From NCBI GenBank assembly GCA_902558375.1, contig CACEDQ010000002.1, positions 14,642 through 78,641 of the forward strand: a stretch of DNA of 64,000 nt. Direction: 5' to 3'. Below the pieces are notes generated by a model, which ran no database searches, was not told where the DNA came from, and was given only the letters and a program-made list of their open reading frames with translations. Of the stretch, positions 47,617 through 56,419 are shown in pieces (within the stretch, counting starts at the first letter, position 1; each line of letters starts with the position of its first letter). Origin of the DNA: an uncultured SAR86 cluster bacterium. GTDB lineage: Bacteria; Pseudomonadota; Gammaproteobacteria; Magnimaribacterales; D2472. The translations under genes and the position numbers were made by a program.

Positions 47617-48033
47617 ATGAGTCAACAAGTTAAAGATTTTTTTTCAACCTATAGCGAATTTGTAGAGAAAGTTACAAGTCAACCTAGCTTAAATACAGAA
47701 GCTCTCAAAAGAAGCATAGATGAAATTGAATCTAGTTCTAATATAAAAATACCTAGACTTTTAACTGCAGCTCTTGGACTGGGGAGCGAATCAGGAGAAT
47801 TTGTTGAAATAGTAAAAAAAATGATTCTTCAAGGTAAGCCACCATCTGAAGAAAACATCTTTCACATGAAAAGAGAACTAGGAGATATTATGTGGTATTG
47901 GACAACAGCATGTGCCTCTCTTGGATTGGATCCCTATGAAGTAATTAGTGAAAATCAAAAAAAGCTTGAAGCGAGGTATGGAGAACAGTTTGAAGTTCAA
48001 AGAAGTGAAGTTAGAAAAGAGGGAGATTTGTAA
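47617..48033 (+). CDS. MazG-like all-alpha nucleoside-triphosphate pyrophosphohydrolase
   Basis: 138 aa. LGLGSESGEFVEIVKK (ExxE-type metal site) and RELGDIMWYW are typical of the small MazG domain. AGGAG SD upstream. Confidence 0.8.
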   Translation: MSQQVKDFFSTYSEFVEKVTSQPSLNTEALKRSIDEIESSSNIKIPRLLTAALGLGSESGEFVEIVKKMILQGKPPSEENIFHMKRELGDIMWYWTTACASLGLDPYEVISENQKKLEARYGEQFEVQRSEVRKEGDL

Positions 48034-48040
48034 ATCTTAG

Positions 48041-48190
48041 ATGAAAGATAAAACAAAAGACCTTAAAGATATTACCCCGTCGGCGACAGAGGATTGTGCT
48101 GATGTCACCTCAAGGTACGAAAGATATAAAAAACAAAATAAAAAGTCTCAATTTCCACCTATTAAATATGAAAAACCGCCACACCATTAA
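48041..48190 (+). CDS. possible 49-aa micro-ORF (Lys/Pro-rich)
   Basis: ATG at 48041 to TAA at 48188-48190, below the track's size cut-off. My translation is MKDKTKDLKDITPSATEDCADVTSRYERYKKQNKKSQFPPIKYEKPPHH. Its stop abuts the ATG of the next ORF (TAAATG). No clear SD. Confidence 0.25.
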   Translation: MKDKTKDLKDITPSATEDCADVTSRYERYKKQNKKSQFPPIKYEKPPHH

Positions 48191-48559
48191 ATGATAATTT
48201 TTTTGGCTTTCATATATATCTTTTCTGCTGTTTTGTATTTTTATACAAACAAAACTGGCTATAGTTTTCTAAGATATATTTGGAAAAGAAAAAATATTAA
48301 TGTTTATCTTGCAACGGAAATATTCTATTTAATACTTACATCACTTATAGTTTTTACTAGCAATCCTCTTAATTGGATTGTTGCAATTTTAATGTTCCTT
48401 CATCTCATTGGTATTGCATGGCTTATGGCAAACCCTAATAGTTTTTATCAAATGGCAGAAGAGTCACTTAATCTAGATAGCGAAATGATGGAAAACACTT
48501 TAGTTATAATGTTTTTGACATATGCAGGCATGGCTCTGTTTTCAAGAATCCTTATCTAA
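48191..48559 (+). CDS. hypothetical 4-TM membrane protein
   Basis: 122-aa hydrophobic ORF with no recognised family. Its 3' end overlaps the convergent dehydrogenase gene by 4 nt. Confidence 0.5.
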   Translation: MIIFLAFIYIFSAVLYFYTNKTGYSFLRYIWKRKNINVYLATEIFYLILTSLIVFTSNPLNWIVAILMFLHLIGIAWLMANPNSFYQMAEESLNLDSEMMENTLVIMFLTYAGMALFSRILI

Positions 48560-49416
48560 GATTCTAGTCTTCTTAATAAGCTTGATGTATCCCACTTTCC
48601 GCCACCAAAATCTTGAATATCTTTATAAAAACTATTAACAATATTTGTTATCTCTAAATTAGTGTCTATGCTCTTGGCATGTTCTAAGACTATTTCTAAG
48701 TCTTTTCTCATTAAATCAACTGCAAAACCATGTTCGTATTTATCATCAATCATAGATTTCCATCTATTTTCCATTTGCCATGATTGTGCAGCCCCTTTTG
48801 ATATTACTTCTATGACGTCTTTGACTTCCAAATTTGATTTTTTAGCAAAATGTAAACCTTCGGCCAATGATTGTATTAACCCAGCTATGCATATCTGATT
48901 AACCATTTTTGTTAACTGCCCATAACCTGAAGATCCCATAAACTTTGTAAATTTAGAATATGAATCTAAAACCTCTTTTATCGACATATAAACCTTCTCA
49001 TCTCCGCCAACCATTACAGATAAGGTTCCTTGCTGAGCCCCTGCCTCACCCCCTGAAACTGGAGCATCTAAAAAATACGACCCCTGTTTGACAAGAATCT
49101 TATTCATCTCTTTGGCGAGTTCCGCTGAAGTAGTTGTATGGTCAACAACAACTGTTCCGGGCCTAATAAAATTTCTAATTTCGCTGATAATCTGTCTAAC
49201 ATCATTATCATCTCCAACACATAAAATAATAATGTCGCTGTCTGTTGCTATATCTTTTAGGGAAAAACAAACTTTGGCTTTTGTATTTTTATTTAACCAT
49301 TTTTCTGACTTCTCTTTAGATCTATTGAAAACACAAAGGTTATAACCATTTTTAATAATATGGCTTGCCATAGGGCTACCCATTGTTCCAAGGCCGACAA
49401 AACCTATATTAGTCAT
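48556..49416 (-). CDS. NAD(P)-dependent 3-hydroxyisobutyrate-dehydrogenase-family oxidoreductase
   Basis: N-terminal IGFVGLGTMGSPMA Rossmann motif, DAPVSGG, 286 aa. Substrate not assignable. Confidence 0.85.
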   Translation of the reverse strand: MTNIGFVGLGTMGSPMASHIIKNGYNLCVFNRSKEKSEKWLNKNTKAKVCFSLKDIATDSDIIILCVGDDNDVRQIISEIRNFIRPGTVVVDHTTTSAELAKEMNKILVKQGSYFLDAPVSGGEAGAQQGTLSVMVGGDEKVYMSIKEVLDSYSKFTKFMGSSGYGQLTKMVNQICIAGLIQSLAEGLHFAKKSNLEVKDVIEVISKGAAQSWQMENRWKSMIDDKYEHGFAVDLMRKDLEIVLEHAKSIDTNLEITNIVNSFYKDIQDFGGGKWDTSSLLRRLES

Positions 49417-49603
49417 AATTTTTTTCTTCTTCTTGATATTTTTTTAAGTCTTCCCAGTCGTGAGGCGTGCCAGCGTTTAGGCTGGAAACTGAATTCTTTG
49501 CTCTAAAAAGACTTTGAGTTCTTAATTTTGTTTTGTCTTCTTCTCTACCAAATAATTTATTCCAGCCTTCTATAAAATGCTTTCTTAAATTTCTTTTGGC
49601 CAT
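49409..49603 (-). CDS. hypothetical small hydrophilic protein
   Basis: 64-aa charged ORF that overlaps the dehydrogenase ATG by 8 nt and begins 8 nt after the upstream micro-ORF stop. No family recognised. Confidence 0.35.
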   Translation of the reverse strand: MAKRNLRKHFIEGWNKLFGREEDKTKLRTQSLFRAKNSVSSLNAGTPHDWEDLKKYQEEEKNYD

Positions 49604-49611
49604 TGAATATT

Positions 49612-49785
49612 TTATACGATATATTCTTCTCTATCTTTTTTTGCTGTTCTCTTTATGCCTGACTCTGTTATGTACTCATCAGTTATACCCTTAGAGCCGC
49701 TTTTGCCCTCTTTGCATACGTACATCATATTAACAATTGCTCCTCCAGCAATGGCACCTATTAAAACTAATATTATTGTCTCCAT
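49612..49785 (-). CDS. hypothetical 57-aa single-TM protein
   Basis: Not in the track (<60 aa). A strong SD precedes the ATG (GGAGGAGAGT-ATG on the minus strand). My translation is METIILVLIGAIAGGAIVNMMYVCKEGKSGSKGITDEYITESGIKRTAKKDREEYIV. Confidence 0.5.
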   Translation of the reverse strand: METIILVLIGAIAGGAIVNMMYVCKEGKSGSKGITDEYITESGIKRTAKKDREEYIV

Positions 49786-49803
49786 ACTCTCCTCCAGATA
49801 ATA

Positions 49804-50769
49804 TTATTTTTCGATAAATTCTATTTTTGCTTGATTATACTCTTCCTTTAGTCTTGTTACTAAATCTTCTACGCTTGGATCATCTTTGATTCCTCCAATT
49901 CCTTGACCCGAGCCCCAGATATCTTTCCATGCTTTTGCATCGGTGTTACCACCAGATCCGAAATTCATTGAAGATTTATCTGCCTCAGGAAGATTATCCG
50001 GATCTAATCCAGCATTTTTAATTGATGGTTTTAAATAATTACCCGAAACACCAGTGAAAAGACTTGAATAAACAATATCATCTGCTGCGCTATCAATTAA
50101 CATTTGTTTATAACCCTCATCAGCATTAGCTTCTTTTGTGGCAATAAACCTTGTGCCCATATATGCAAAGTCTGCACCAAGAGCTAAAGATGAGGCAATG
50201 GAATAACCATCTCCGATTGATCCCGATAATATAACGGTTCCATCAAACCACTCTTTTACTTCTCTCAATAAGGCAAATGGAGAGAGAGCTCCAGCATGAC
50301 CTCCAGCACCTGCACAAACAAGAATTAAACCATCAACCCCTTGCTCAGCAGCCTTTTTTGCGTGACGGACATTTATAACATCATGATAAACAAGGCCACC
50401 GTAACTATGAGCAGCTTCAACTAATTCTGCTGGCGGTCTTAATGAGGTGATAATAATAGGAACCTCATGCTTAACACATGTAGCCATGTCATCCATGAGC
50501 CTATCATTTGATCCGTGGCAAATTTGATTAACTGCAAAGGGAGCAACTTTTTTACCTGGGTTTTGTTCTTTATATTCTGCAAGTTCTGTCTTGATTCTTA
50601 TAATCCATTCTTCTAAAACGTGTTGCGGCCTAGCATTCAATGCAGGAAAAGAACCAATAATTCCTGCCTTACATTGAGCGATTACTAATTCAGGGCCTGA
50701 AATAATAAATAATGGTGAGCCTATTACCGGCATAGAGAGGTTTTCTTTGATGTGTTCTGGTATTGCCAT
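49804..50769 (-). CDS. NAD(P)H-dependent flavin oxidoreductase (nitronate monooxygenase/FabK-like)
   Basis: 321 aa with a TIM-barrel FMN pattern (PVIGSPLF, GAGGHAG, GADFAYMGTRF). Confidence 0.8.
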   Translation of the reverse strand: MAIPEHIKENLSMPVIGSPLFIISGPELVIAQCKAGIIGSFPALNARPQHVLEEWIIRIKTELAEYKEQNPGKKVAPFAVNQICHGSNDRLMDDMATCVKHEVPIIITSLRPPAELVEAAHSYGGLVYHDVINVRHAKKAAEQGVDGLILVCAGAGGHAGALSPFALLREVKEWFDGTVILSGSIGDGYSIASSLALGADFAYMGTRFIATKEANADEGYKQMLIDSAADDIVYSSLFTGVSGNYLKPSIKNAGLDPDNLPEADKSSMNFGSGGNTDAKAWKDIWGSGQGIGGIKDDPSVEDLVTRLKEEYNQAKIEFIEK

Positions 50770-50826
50770 CAGTCTGCTCCTTATAATTGTTTATGATTCT
50801 ATGCTTTTATTGAAGATAGGTATAGA

Positions 50827-52101
50827 CTAATTTGGATAATCTAGCACTAGATTTATAAATGCTCTTACTCCAACATCAAGCGCTCCGTCATCAACTACAA
50901 AATATGGAGAATGATTCCCAGGCGCTTCCATAATACCCGGAGCATTTACCCCAAGCCAAAAGTACATGCCGGGTATTTCATTAGAGAAAAATGAAAAATC
51001 TTCAGCTCCAGTAGATGGAGTCATTTCATATACTTTGTTTTCTGCAGCTTCTCTTAAAGAGGGGGTTAATCTTTTAACAAGATCTTTATCATTAAAGGTT
51101 ACTGGATAAAAGCCTCCAACATCAAATTCAACAGAGACTTCTGTTCCAGTGCCAAGAGCAACACCTGCTGCAACTTGTTCTATTTCATTGTAAATTTCTT
51201 CTCTAAGCTTCGGATCAAAGGTCCTAATTGTTCCCTGGATTTCTGAATCCTCTGGAATAATATTCCCCCTTGTCCCAGATCTAACTATTCCAACTGATAT
51301 AACAGCAGGATTGTTCACAATATTTATTCTTCTGCTGACAATAGTGTTTAAGTTTTGAATGAGTTCAGCAGTCGCCATTACAGGATCAATTGAATCCCAT
51401 GGTCTTGAGCCGTGAGCTTGGACTCCTTTAATTTTTATTCTATAAGTACTAGCAGCTGCCATCGCTGGGCCTGAAGCAACACCAATATATCCATGCGGAC
51501 CGTTTCCAACATGAAGACCAAAAATGACTTCGGGTTTATATCTATCAAATATTCCCTCTTCGAGCATCATTTTTGCGCCACCATTTTCACCCTCCGGAGG
51601 ACCTTCTTCAGCTGGTTGGAAAATTAACATCACATTGCCTTTAAGTTGATCTACATTTTTTGATAAAAATTCTGCAACACCCATTAAAATAGCCACATGA
51701 GCGTCGTGTCCACATGCATGCATGATTCCAACCTCTTGGCCTAAATATTCAGTTTTTTCTTTTGAAGCAAAAGGTAACCCCGTCTTCTCAACTACCGGCA
51801 AAGCATCCATATCTGCTCTTAATGCAATTGTTGGTCCTGGCTTAGAGCCTTTTATTAATCCAACAATGCCTGTGTACGCAATACCAGTTTCAACTTCAAT
51901 ACCAAGTGACCGCAGATGATCTTCAACTTTCTTTGATGTTCTGTATTCTCTATTGCTAAGTTCTGGAAATTGGTGAATGTCATGACGCCACTCAATTACT
52001 TTTTGCATTAATGGTTCAATATTCTTGTTTAGGTCATTTTTTAAATCAGAGAATACTTGTGTTGATATAACAAAAATAAGTAAAAGCATTATTTTCTTCA
52101 T
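50827..52101 (-). CDS. M20D-family amidohydrolase (aminoacylase/hippurate-hydrolase-like), secreted
   Basis: Signal peptide, MHACGHDAH metal motif, FQPAEEG, 424 aa. Confidence 0.85.
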   Translation of the reverse strand: MKKIMLLLIFVISTQVFSDLKNDLNKNIEPLMQKVIEWRHDIHQFPELSNREYRTSKKVEDHLRSLGIEVETGIAYTGIVGLIKGSKPGPTIALRADMDALPVVEKTGLPFASKEKTEYLGQEVGIMHACGHDAHVAILMGVAEFLSKNVDQLKGNVMLIFQPAEEGPPEGENGGAKMMLEEGIFDRYKPEVIFGLHVGNGPHGYIGVASGPAMAAASTYRIKIKGVQAHGSRPWDSIDPVMATAELIQNLNTIVSRRINIVNNPAVISVGIVRSGTRGNIIPEDSEIQGTIRTFDPKLREEIYNEIEQVAAGVALGTGTEVSVEFDVGGFYPVTFNDKDLVKRLTPSLREAAENKVYEMTPSTGAEDFSFFSNEIPGMYFWLGVNAPGIMEAPGNHSPYFVVDDGALDVGVRAFINLVLDYPN

Positions 52102-52141
52102 TTTAAGATTATAATCCCCACTTTTTTAAAACACTAATAAC

Positions 52142-53932
52142 ATGGACATAAATAATCTAAGAAATATTGCAATTATTGCCCATGTTGATCATGGAAAAAC
52201 AACACTTGTAGATAAGCTTCTTCAACAATCAGGAACACTAGACAGAAAAAACATGGATTCTGAAAGAATCATGGACTCCAACGACCAAGAAAAAGAAAGG
52301 GGTATAACAATTACTGCTAAAAACACTTCAATCAATTGGAAGGATCATCTTATCAATATTGTAGACACTCCTGGTCATGCTGATTTTGGTGGAGAGGTTG
52401 AAAGAGCACTTTCAATGGTTGATTCGGTGCTTCTACTTGTTGATGCAGTTGATGGTCCAATGCCACAAACAAGATTTGTTACTCAAAAAGCCTTTGAAAA
52501 AGGCTTGAAACCAATTGTAGTCATTAATAAAGTTGATCGCCCTGATGCCAGGCCTGACTGGGTCCTAGATCAGGTTTTTGATTTATTTGATAGGCTGGGC
52601 GGAACTGATGAGCAGCTAGATTTTCCAGTTATATATGCTTCAGCTATTGAAGGTATTTCAGGCTTAGAGCCTGATGAGATGACTGATGACATGACTCCTT
52701 TAATAGAAATGATAGTTGACAAAGTGCCTGCCCCAGAAGTTAAAAAAGACGGTCCTTTACAACTGCAAATAAGTGCTCTTGATAGCAATAGTTATGTCGG
52801 GGTTATTGGTATAGGTAGAATTAAACAGGGTTCTGTTAAACCAAACGATCAGGTAACAGTAATAGATAGGGAGGGTAAGACAAGAAAAGGTAAAGTTCTT
52901 CAAGTCATGGGATATGTTGGATTAGAAAGAGTTGAAGTTGCTAATGCTGAAGCCGGCTCGATAGTTTGTATAACTGGAATTGATAAACTGAATATATCTG
53001 ACACGATATGCGATCCAATGCATGTTAATGCTCTTCCTCCTCTATCTGTAGATGAGCCGACGGTCAGTATGACTTTTCAAGTAAACGACTCTCCTTTTGC
53101 TGGAAGGGAAGGAAAATTTGTTACTTCCAGAAATATTAAAGAGAGACTGGAAAAAGAATTAATCTCAAATGTAGCTTTAAGAGTTGTACAAGGAGATAGC
53201 CCAGACAAATTTATTGTCTCAGGGAGGGGCGAGCTGCATTTATCAGTTTTAATTGAAACAATGCGCAGAGAGGGTTTTGAGTTGGCTATATCCAAACCAC
53301 AGGTTATACAAAAAGAAGTTGGCGATGAAATTCATGAACCATATGAACAAATTGTAATTGATGTTGAAGATATACATCAGGGATCGGTTATTGAAGAACT
53401 TGGTCCAAGAAAAGCTGAGCTTAAAAACATGGAACCGGATGGCAAGGGAAGAGTAAAACTTGAATTTATGGCCCCATCAAGAGGAATCATTGGCTTTAGA
53501 TCACATTTTTTAACAATCACCAGCGGAACGGGAATAATGACAAGTGTTTTTGATCACTATGGTCCTGTTAAAACTGGGGAAATTGCTAAAAGGACTAATG
53601 GTGTTATGTATGCAATGACTGCAGGCAAAACTCTTGCATATGCATTATTCAATCTACAAAATCGTGGCAAATTATTTCTTGGACATGGTCAAGAGGTTTA
53701 TGTCGGCCAAATTGTTGGCCTTCATTCAAGAGATAATGATCTTCCGGTTAACCCTACCAAGGCAAAACAATTAACAAATATCAGAGCTGCAGGCACAGAT
53801 GAAAATTTGATCCTTGTTCCACATATTAAACATACATTGGAGCAGGCTCTTGAATTTATTGAAGATGATGAGCTGGTTGAAGTTACGCCCGAATCAATAA
53901 GATTGCGAAAAAAAGGTAGAGTAAGAACCTAG
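52142..53932 (+). CDS. typA: translational GTPase TypA/BipA
   Basis: G1 [10 protein letters not shown]3 [15 protein letters not shown]4 NKVD, 596 aa, and a BipA-specific C-terminal domain. Confidence 0.95.
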   Translation: MDINNLRNIAIIAHVDHGKTTLVDKLLQQSGTLDRKNMDSERIMDSNDQEKERGITITAKNTSINWKDHLINIVDTPGHADFGGEVERALSMVDSVLLLVDAVDGPMPQTRFVTQKAFEKGLKPIVVINKVDRPDARPDWVLDQVFDLFDRLGGTDEQLDFPVIYASAIEGISGLEPDEMTDDMTPLIEMIVDKVPAPEVKKDGPLQLQISALDSNSYVGVIGIGRIKQGSVKPNDQVTVIDREGKTRKGKVLQVMGYVGLERVEVANAEAGSIVCITGIDKLNISDTICDPMHVNALPPLSVDEPTVSMTFQVNDSPFAGREGKFVTSRNIKERLEKELISNVALRVVQGDSPDKFIVSGRGELHLSVLIETMRREGFELAISKPQVIQKEVGDEIHEPYEQIVIDVEDIHQGSVIEELGPRKAELKNMEPDGKGRVKLEFMAPSRGIIGFRSHFLTITSGTGIMTSVFDHYGPVKTGEIAKRTNGVMYAMTAGKTLAYALFNLQNRGKLFLGHGQEVYVGQIVGLHSRDNDLPVNPTKAKQLTNIRAAGTDENLILVPHIKHTLEQALEFIEDDELVEVTPESIRLRKKGRVRT

Positions 53933-53939
53933 AAAATTA

Positions 53940-54146
53940 CTATAAAGAACAGGTCATGTCATTTCCACAACATAGTGGGGATTTTATTTTCCCATCGTAG
54001 TTTGAGCAATCAACCTGCTTACATTGTGAGATTTGAACCTTGCTTCCATCATCTAAATTAAGATACCCATCTACAAGAGATTCATTACATTCACCACAAG
54101 ATGTATTTACTGACATGCCACATTCATTACATTTATAAGTTGCCAT
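53940..54146 (-). CDS. 9-cysteine zinc-ribbon-like mini-protein, unknown function
   Basis: 68 aa: MATYKCNECG-x7-CGEC..., then C-x4-C-x11-CC-x5-C. A good SD (AGGAGAAAT) precedes the ATG. It lies 23 nt downstream of the BI-1-like gene on the same strand. Confidence 0.6.
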   Translation of the reverse strand: MATYKCNECGMSVNTSCGECNESLVDGYLNLDDGSKVQISQCKQVDCSNYDGKIKSPLCCGNDMTCSL

Positions 54147-54169
54147 AATTATTTCTCCTAAAATTTTGA

Positions 54170-55060
54170 TCAGTTATTACTCATTGCTTCAAGTATTTCG
54201 AGTAACAAATTAATCATATCCAAGTAGAGAGTAAAAGCAAATTCAAAAGCAGTTTCCCAATTATTCATACCCAAGGTTCCTTCTCTTCTTTTAATCATAT
54301 TAAAGTCAACTAAAAGAAATATAGAAAAAATTATTGCTCCAAATATAGCCTGATATCTTGTTGCCTTCCTGCTAAAACCAATAACTGTTCTGATTAAGCT
54401 GAGAACTATTAATCCCAATAAAGAGAAAAATAAAAAAAACTTCAATCCAATATTTTCAGAGAATGAATAAAAATCGCTATAACCAATGTAACCAGTTAGA
54501 AGAGTAACAAATAAAACTATTTTAAGTGCCTTAAGTCCATCGTTCTCATCCATCTGAAGCATAATGAACCCCAAGAGTATTCCAAAGGCAATGCTTTGAA
54601 TAGTAAAGATTGTAAGTCCAATTGGTAAGCTTACTCCAGAAGTGGCAAGAAATAGGGTTGCCCAAATACCAACAAACCATATTATTAGGACAGGAAATAG
54701 TCTGTCTTTCGTTTCATAGCCATAACCATCTCGAATCATTTCTAAGGCCTCTTCTCTACTATTTACTTTTTGTGTAAGAGTATGTTCGGGTATCATTTTT
54801 TTTGTTTCATTATCAAAATGTTCTTCAACAACCTTTGACATAGTTGCTGGATAATTTTTTGGGGATTCATGATATGGGACTAAATCTAGTTCTCGATTCA
54901 TGTTCATAGCACCTCTAAATGAATATCCAAATAATTTTGTTCCATTTTTATATGCAACTTGTGCTTGTTTGATTATGAAATATGCTAGGCCAAAAACAAT
55001 GCCTATCTGGGCCGATAAAATAACCATTGTTTTAAAAAGTAACGAGGTTTCAAAAAACAT
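54170..55060 (-). CDS. Bax-inhibitor-1/YccA-like membrane protein with an inserted soluble segment
   Basis: The C-terminal blocks FGAIIFSIFLLVDFNMIKR and AFTLYLDMINLLLEIL resemble the BI-1/YccA signature. After TM1 there is an extra hydrophilic stretch of about 95 aa that I do not recall in canonical ~220-235-aa members (296 aa here). Confidence 0.6.
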   Translation of the reverse strand: MFFETSLLFKTMVILSAQIGIVFGLAYFIIKQAQVAYKNGTKLFGYSFRGAMNMNRELDLVPYHESPKNYPATMSKVVEEHFDNETKKMIPEHTLTQKVNSREEALEMIRDGYGYETKDRLFPVLIIWFVGIWATLFLATSGVSLPIGLTIFTIQSIAFGILLGFIMLQMDENDGLKALKIVLFVTLLTGYIGYSDFYSFSENIGLKFFLFFSLLGLIVLSLIRTVIGFSRKATRYQAIFGAIIFSIFLLVDFNMIKRREGTLGMNNWETAFEFAFTLYLDMINLLLEILEAMSNN

Positions 55061-55120
55061 ACTATTAAGATTAGCTTATAAATAAAAAATAGGGTTATTT
55101 TTACACGTTAATTTTATATA

Positions 55121-55624
55121 TTATTTAATAAGGTATTTAACAGAGTGATCTTGAAAATTTCTTTCTGCAACTTCTAAAAAACCATTTTTTGCATGGAAAT
55201 CAAGAGATATTTGATTTACAGGAATTGAATTTACTTCACAACAAATTGGTAACATATCTTTTTGTGCTATCTCATCAAGGTATTTGTAAATTTTTGTTCC
55301 GAGCCCCTTTCTTCTGTATTCTGATTTGATAACAATCCTATCAATGTATAAAAATTTTTGTTTATTCTCATTAAAGTATTTATAGTTTAATGATTCATAT
55401 TCTGAATTTTCTCTGAAGCAAATAATAAAACCTACTATCTCAGCCTGATGCTCAACCAATAAACTAAGAGCTGATATTTCAAAAAGCCTAGAAAAATATT
55501 CTATGCTGCTAATAAATCCAACCTCAGGAGAATTTCCTTGATTAAGGGAATATAGGGTCTCTAGGGAACTTCTTGACAACTTTTTATCTAGAACTCTTAT
55601 TTGTATGTCAGATAATAATTTCAA
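55121..55624 (-). CDS. GNAT-family N-acetyltransferase
   Basis: 167 aa with acetyl-CoA motif A, RRKGLGTKIYKYL. Confidence 0.75.
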   Translation of the reverse strand: MKLLSDIQIRVLDKKLSRSSLETLYSLNQGNSPEVGFISSIEYFSRLFEISALSLLVEHQAEIVGFIICFRENSEYESLNYKYFNENKQKFLYIDRIVIKSEYRRKGLGTKIYKYLDEIAQKDMLPICCEVNSIPVNQISLDFHAKNGFLEVAERNFQDHSVKYLIK

Positions 55625-55640
55625 AATTTATATTTATGCT

Positions 55641-56333
55641 CTATAGACTTCCTTCAAGCTCATCAAGCGCATTATTAATTCTAGTTGCAACATCTTTAAT
55701 AAAAAGCTCTTTAGTTAACGTATAACTTGGGTGTCCCATTGTTGCTAAATCTGTTGCTTTTGTAATGCTAGCTTCCATTAAACTTTCCTGATCAACAACC
55801 TCATCCATCAGCCCCGCATCAACTGCAGCTTCAATTGAATACATTTCAGCGCCTAATATTGCTCTATATTTGTGCCTTTGCGAAACTCTAAATCTAATAA
55901 GCTCAAGTATTGGGGTGGGTATAACCATATTTGTTCTCATTTCATTTGCGCCAATTAAATACTTTCCTTTTGCACCAATTCTATAGTCGCAACAGCATAG
56001 AAGAAAAGTTCCCAAAGCAATGCCGTGCCCTGTGCATGCCGCAAGAACAGGTCGAGGAAATGTTAATATTCTTGATAGTAGTCTAAATCCACTAATAGAC
56101 ATTTCTTGAATTAATTTCATATCTCCAGAAGAAATTATTTTTAGATCAAAACCACCAGAGAACATGCCATCTCGTCCAGTAATAATCAGCGCACCCTTAT
56201 CTGTTGGCACTTTTTCCAAACAACTATGAATACTATCAATCATTGTTGGAGAAAAAACATTTGCTTTGCCATCATCAAGTGTGATTATAGAGATGTCATC
56301 TTTTTGAGAGATTGTAGCTAGTTTTTTAGTCAT
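55641..56333 (-). CDS. crotonase-superfamily enoyl-CoA hydratase/isomerase-like protein
   Basis: 230 aa. ITGRDGMFSGGFDL and AACTGHGIALG oxyanion-hole pattern. Confidence 0.75.
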   Translation of the reverse strand: MTKKLATISQKDDISIITLDDGKANVFSPTMIDSIHSCLEKVPTDKGALIITGRDGMFSGGFDLKIISSGDMKLIQEMSISGFRLLSRILTFPRPVLAACTGHGIALGTFLLCCCDYRIGAKGKYLIGANEMRTNMVIPTPILELIRFRVSQRHKYRAILGAEMYSIEAAVDAGLMDEVVDQESLMEASITKATDLATMGHPSYTLTKELFIKDVATRINNALDELEGSL

Positions 56334-56419
56334 TTTTATAGAACGTTAATTATTTACATTAAGTCTATCAAAAAACTTATAATATTTTTAAACAAATAGT
56401 ATTTAATGGATATTAAAAA

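Noticed and set aside
45892-48559. Idea that the P4H/GT/MazG/small-ORF block is a prophage remnant or integrated mobile island.
   Set aside because: I could see no integrase, transposase, tRNA, direct repeats or phage structural genes. The flanks are ordinary chromosomal genes with 1-4 nt spacing. Compositional deviation cannot be judged by eye. Phage-derived ancestry is kept only as a possibility in the findings.
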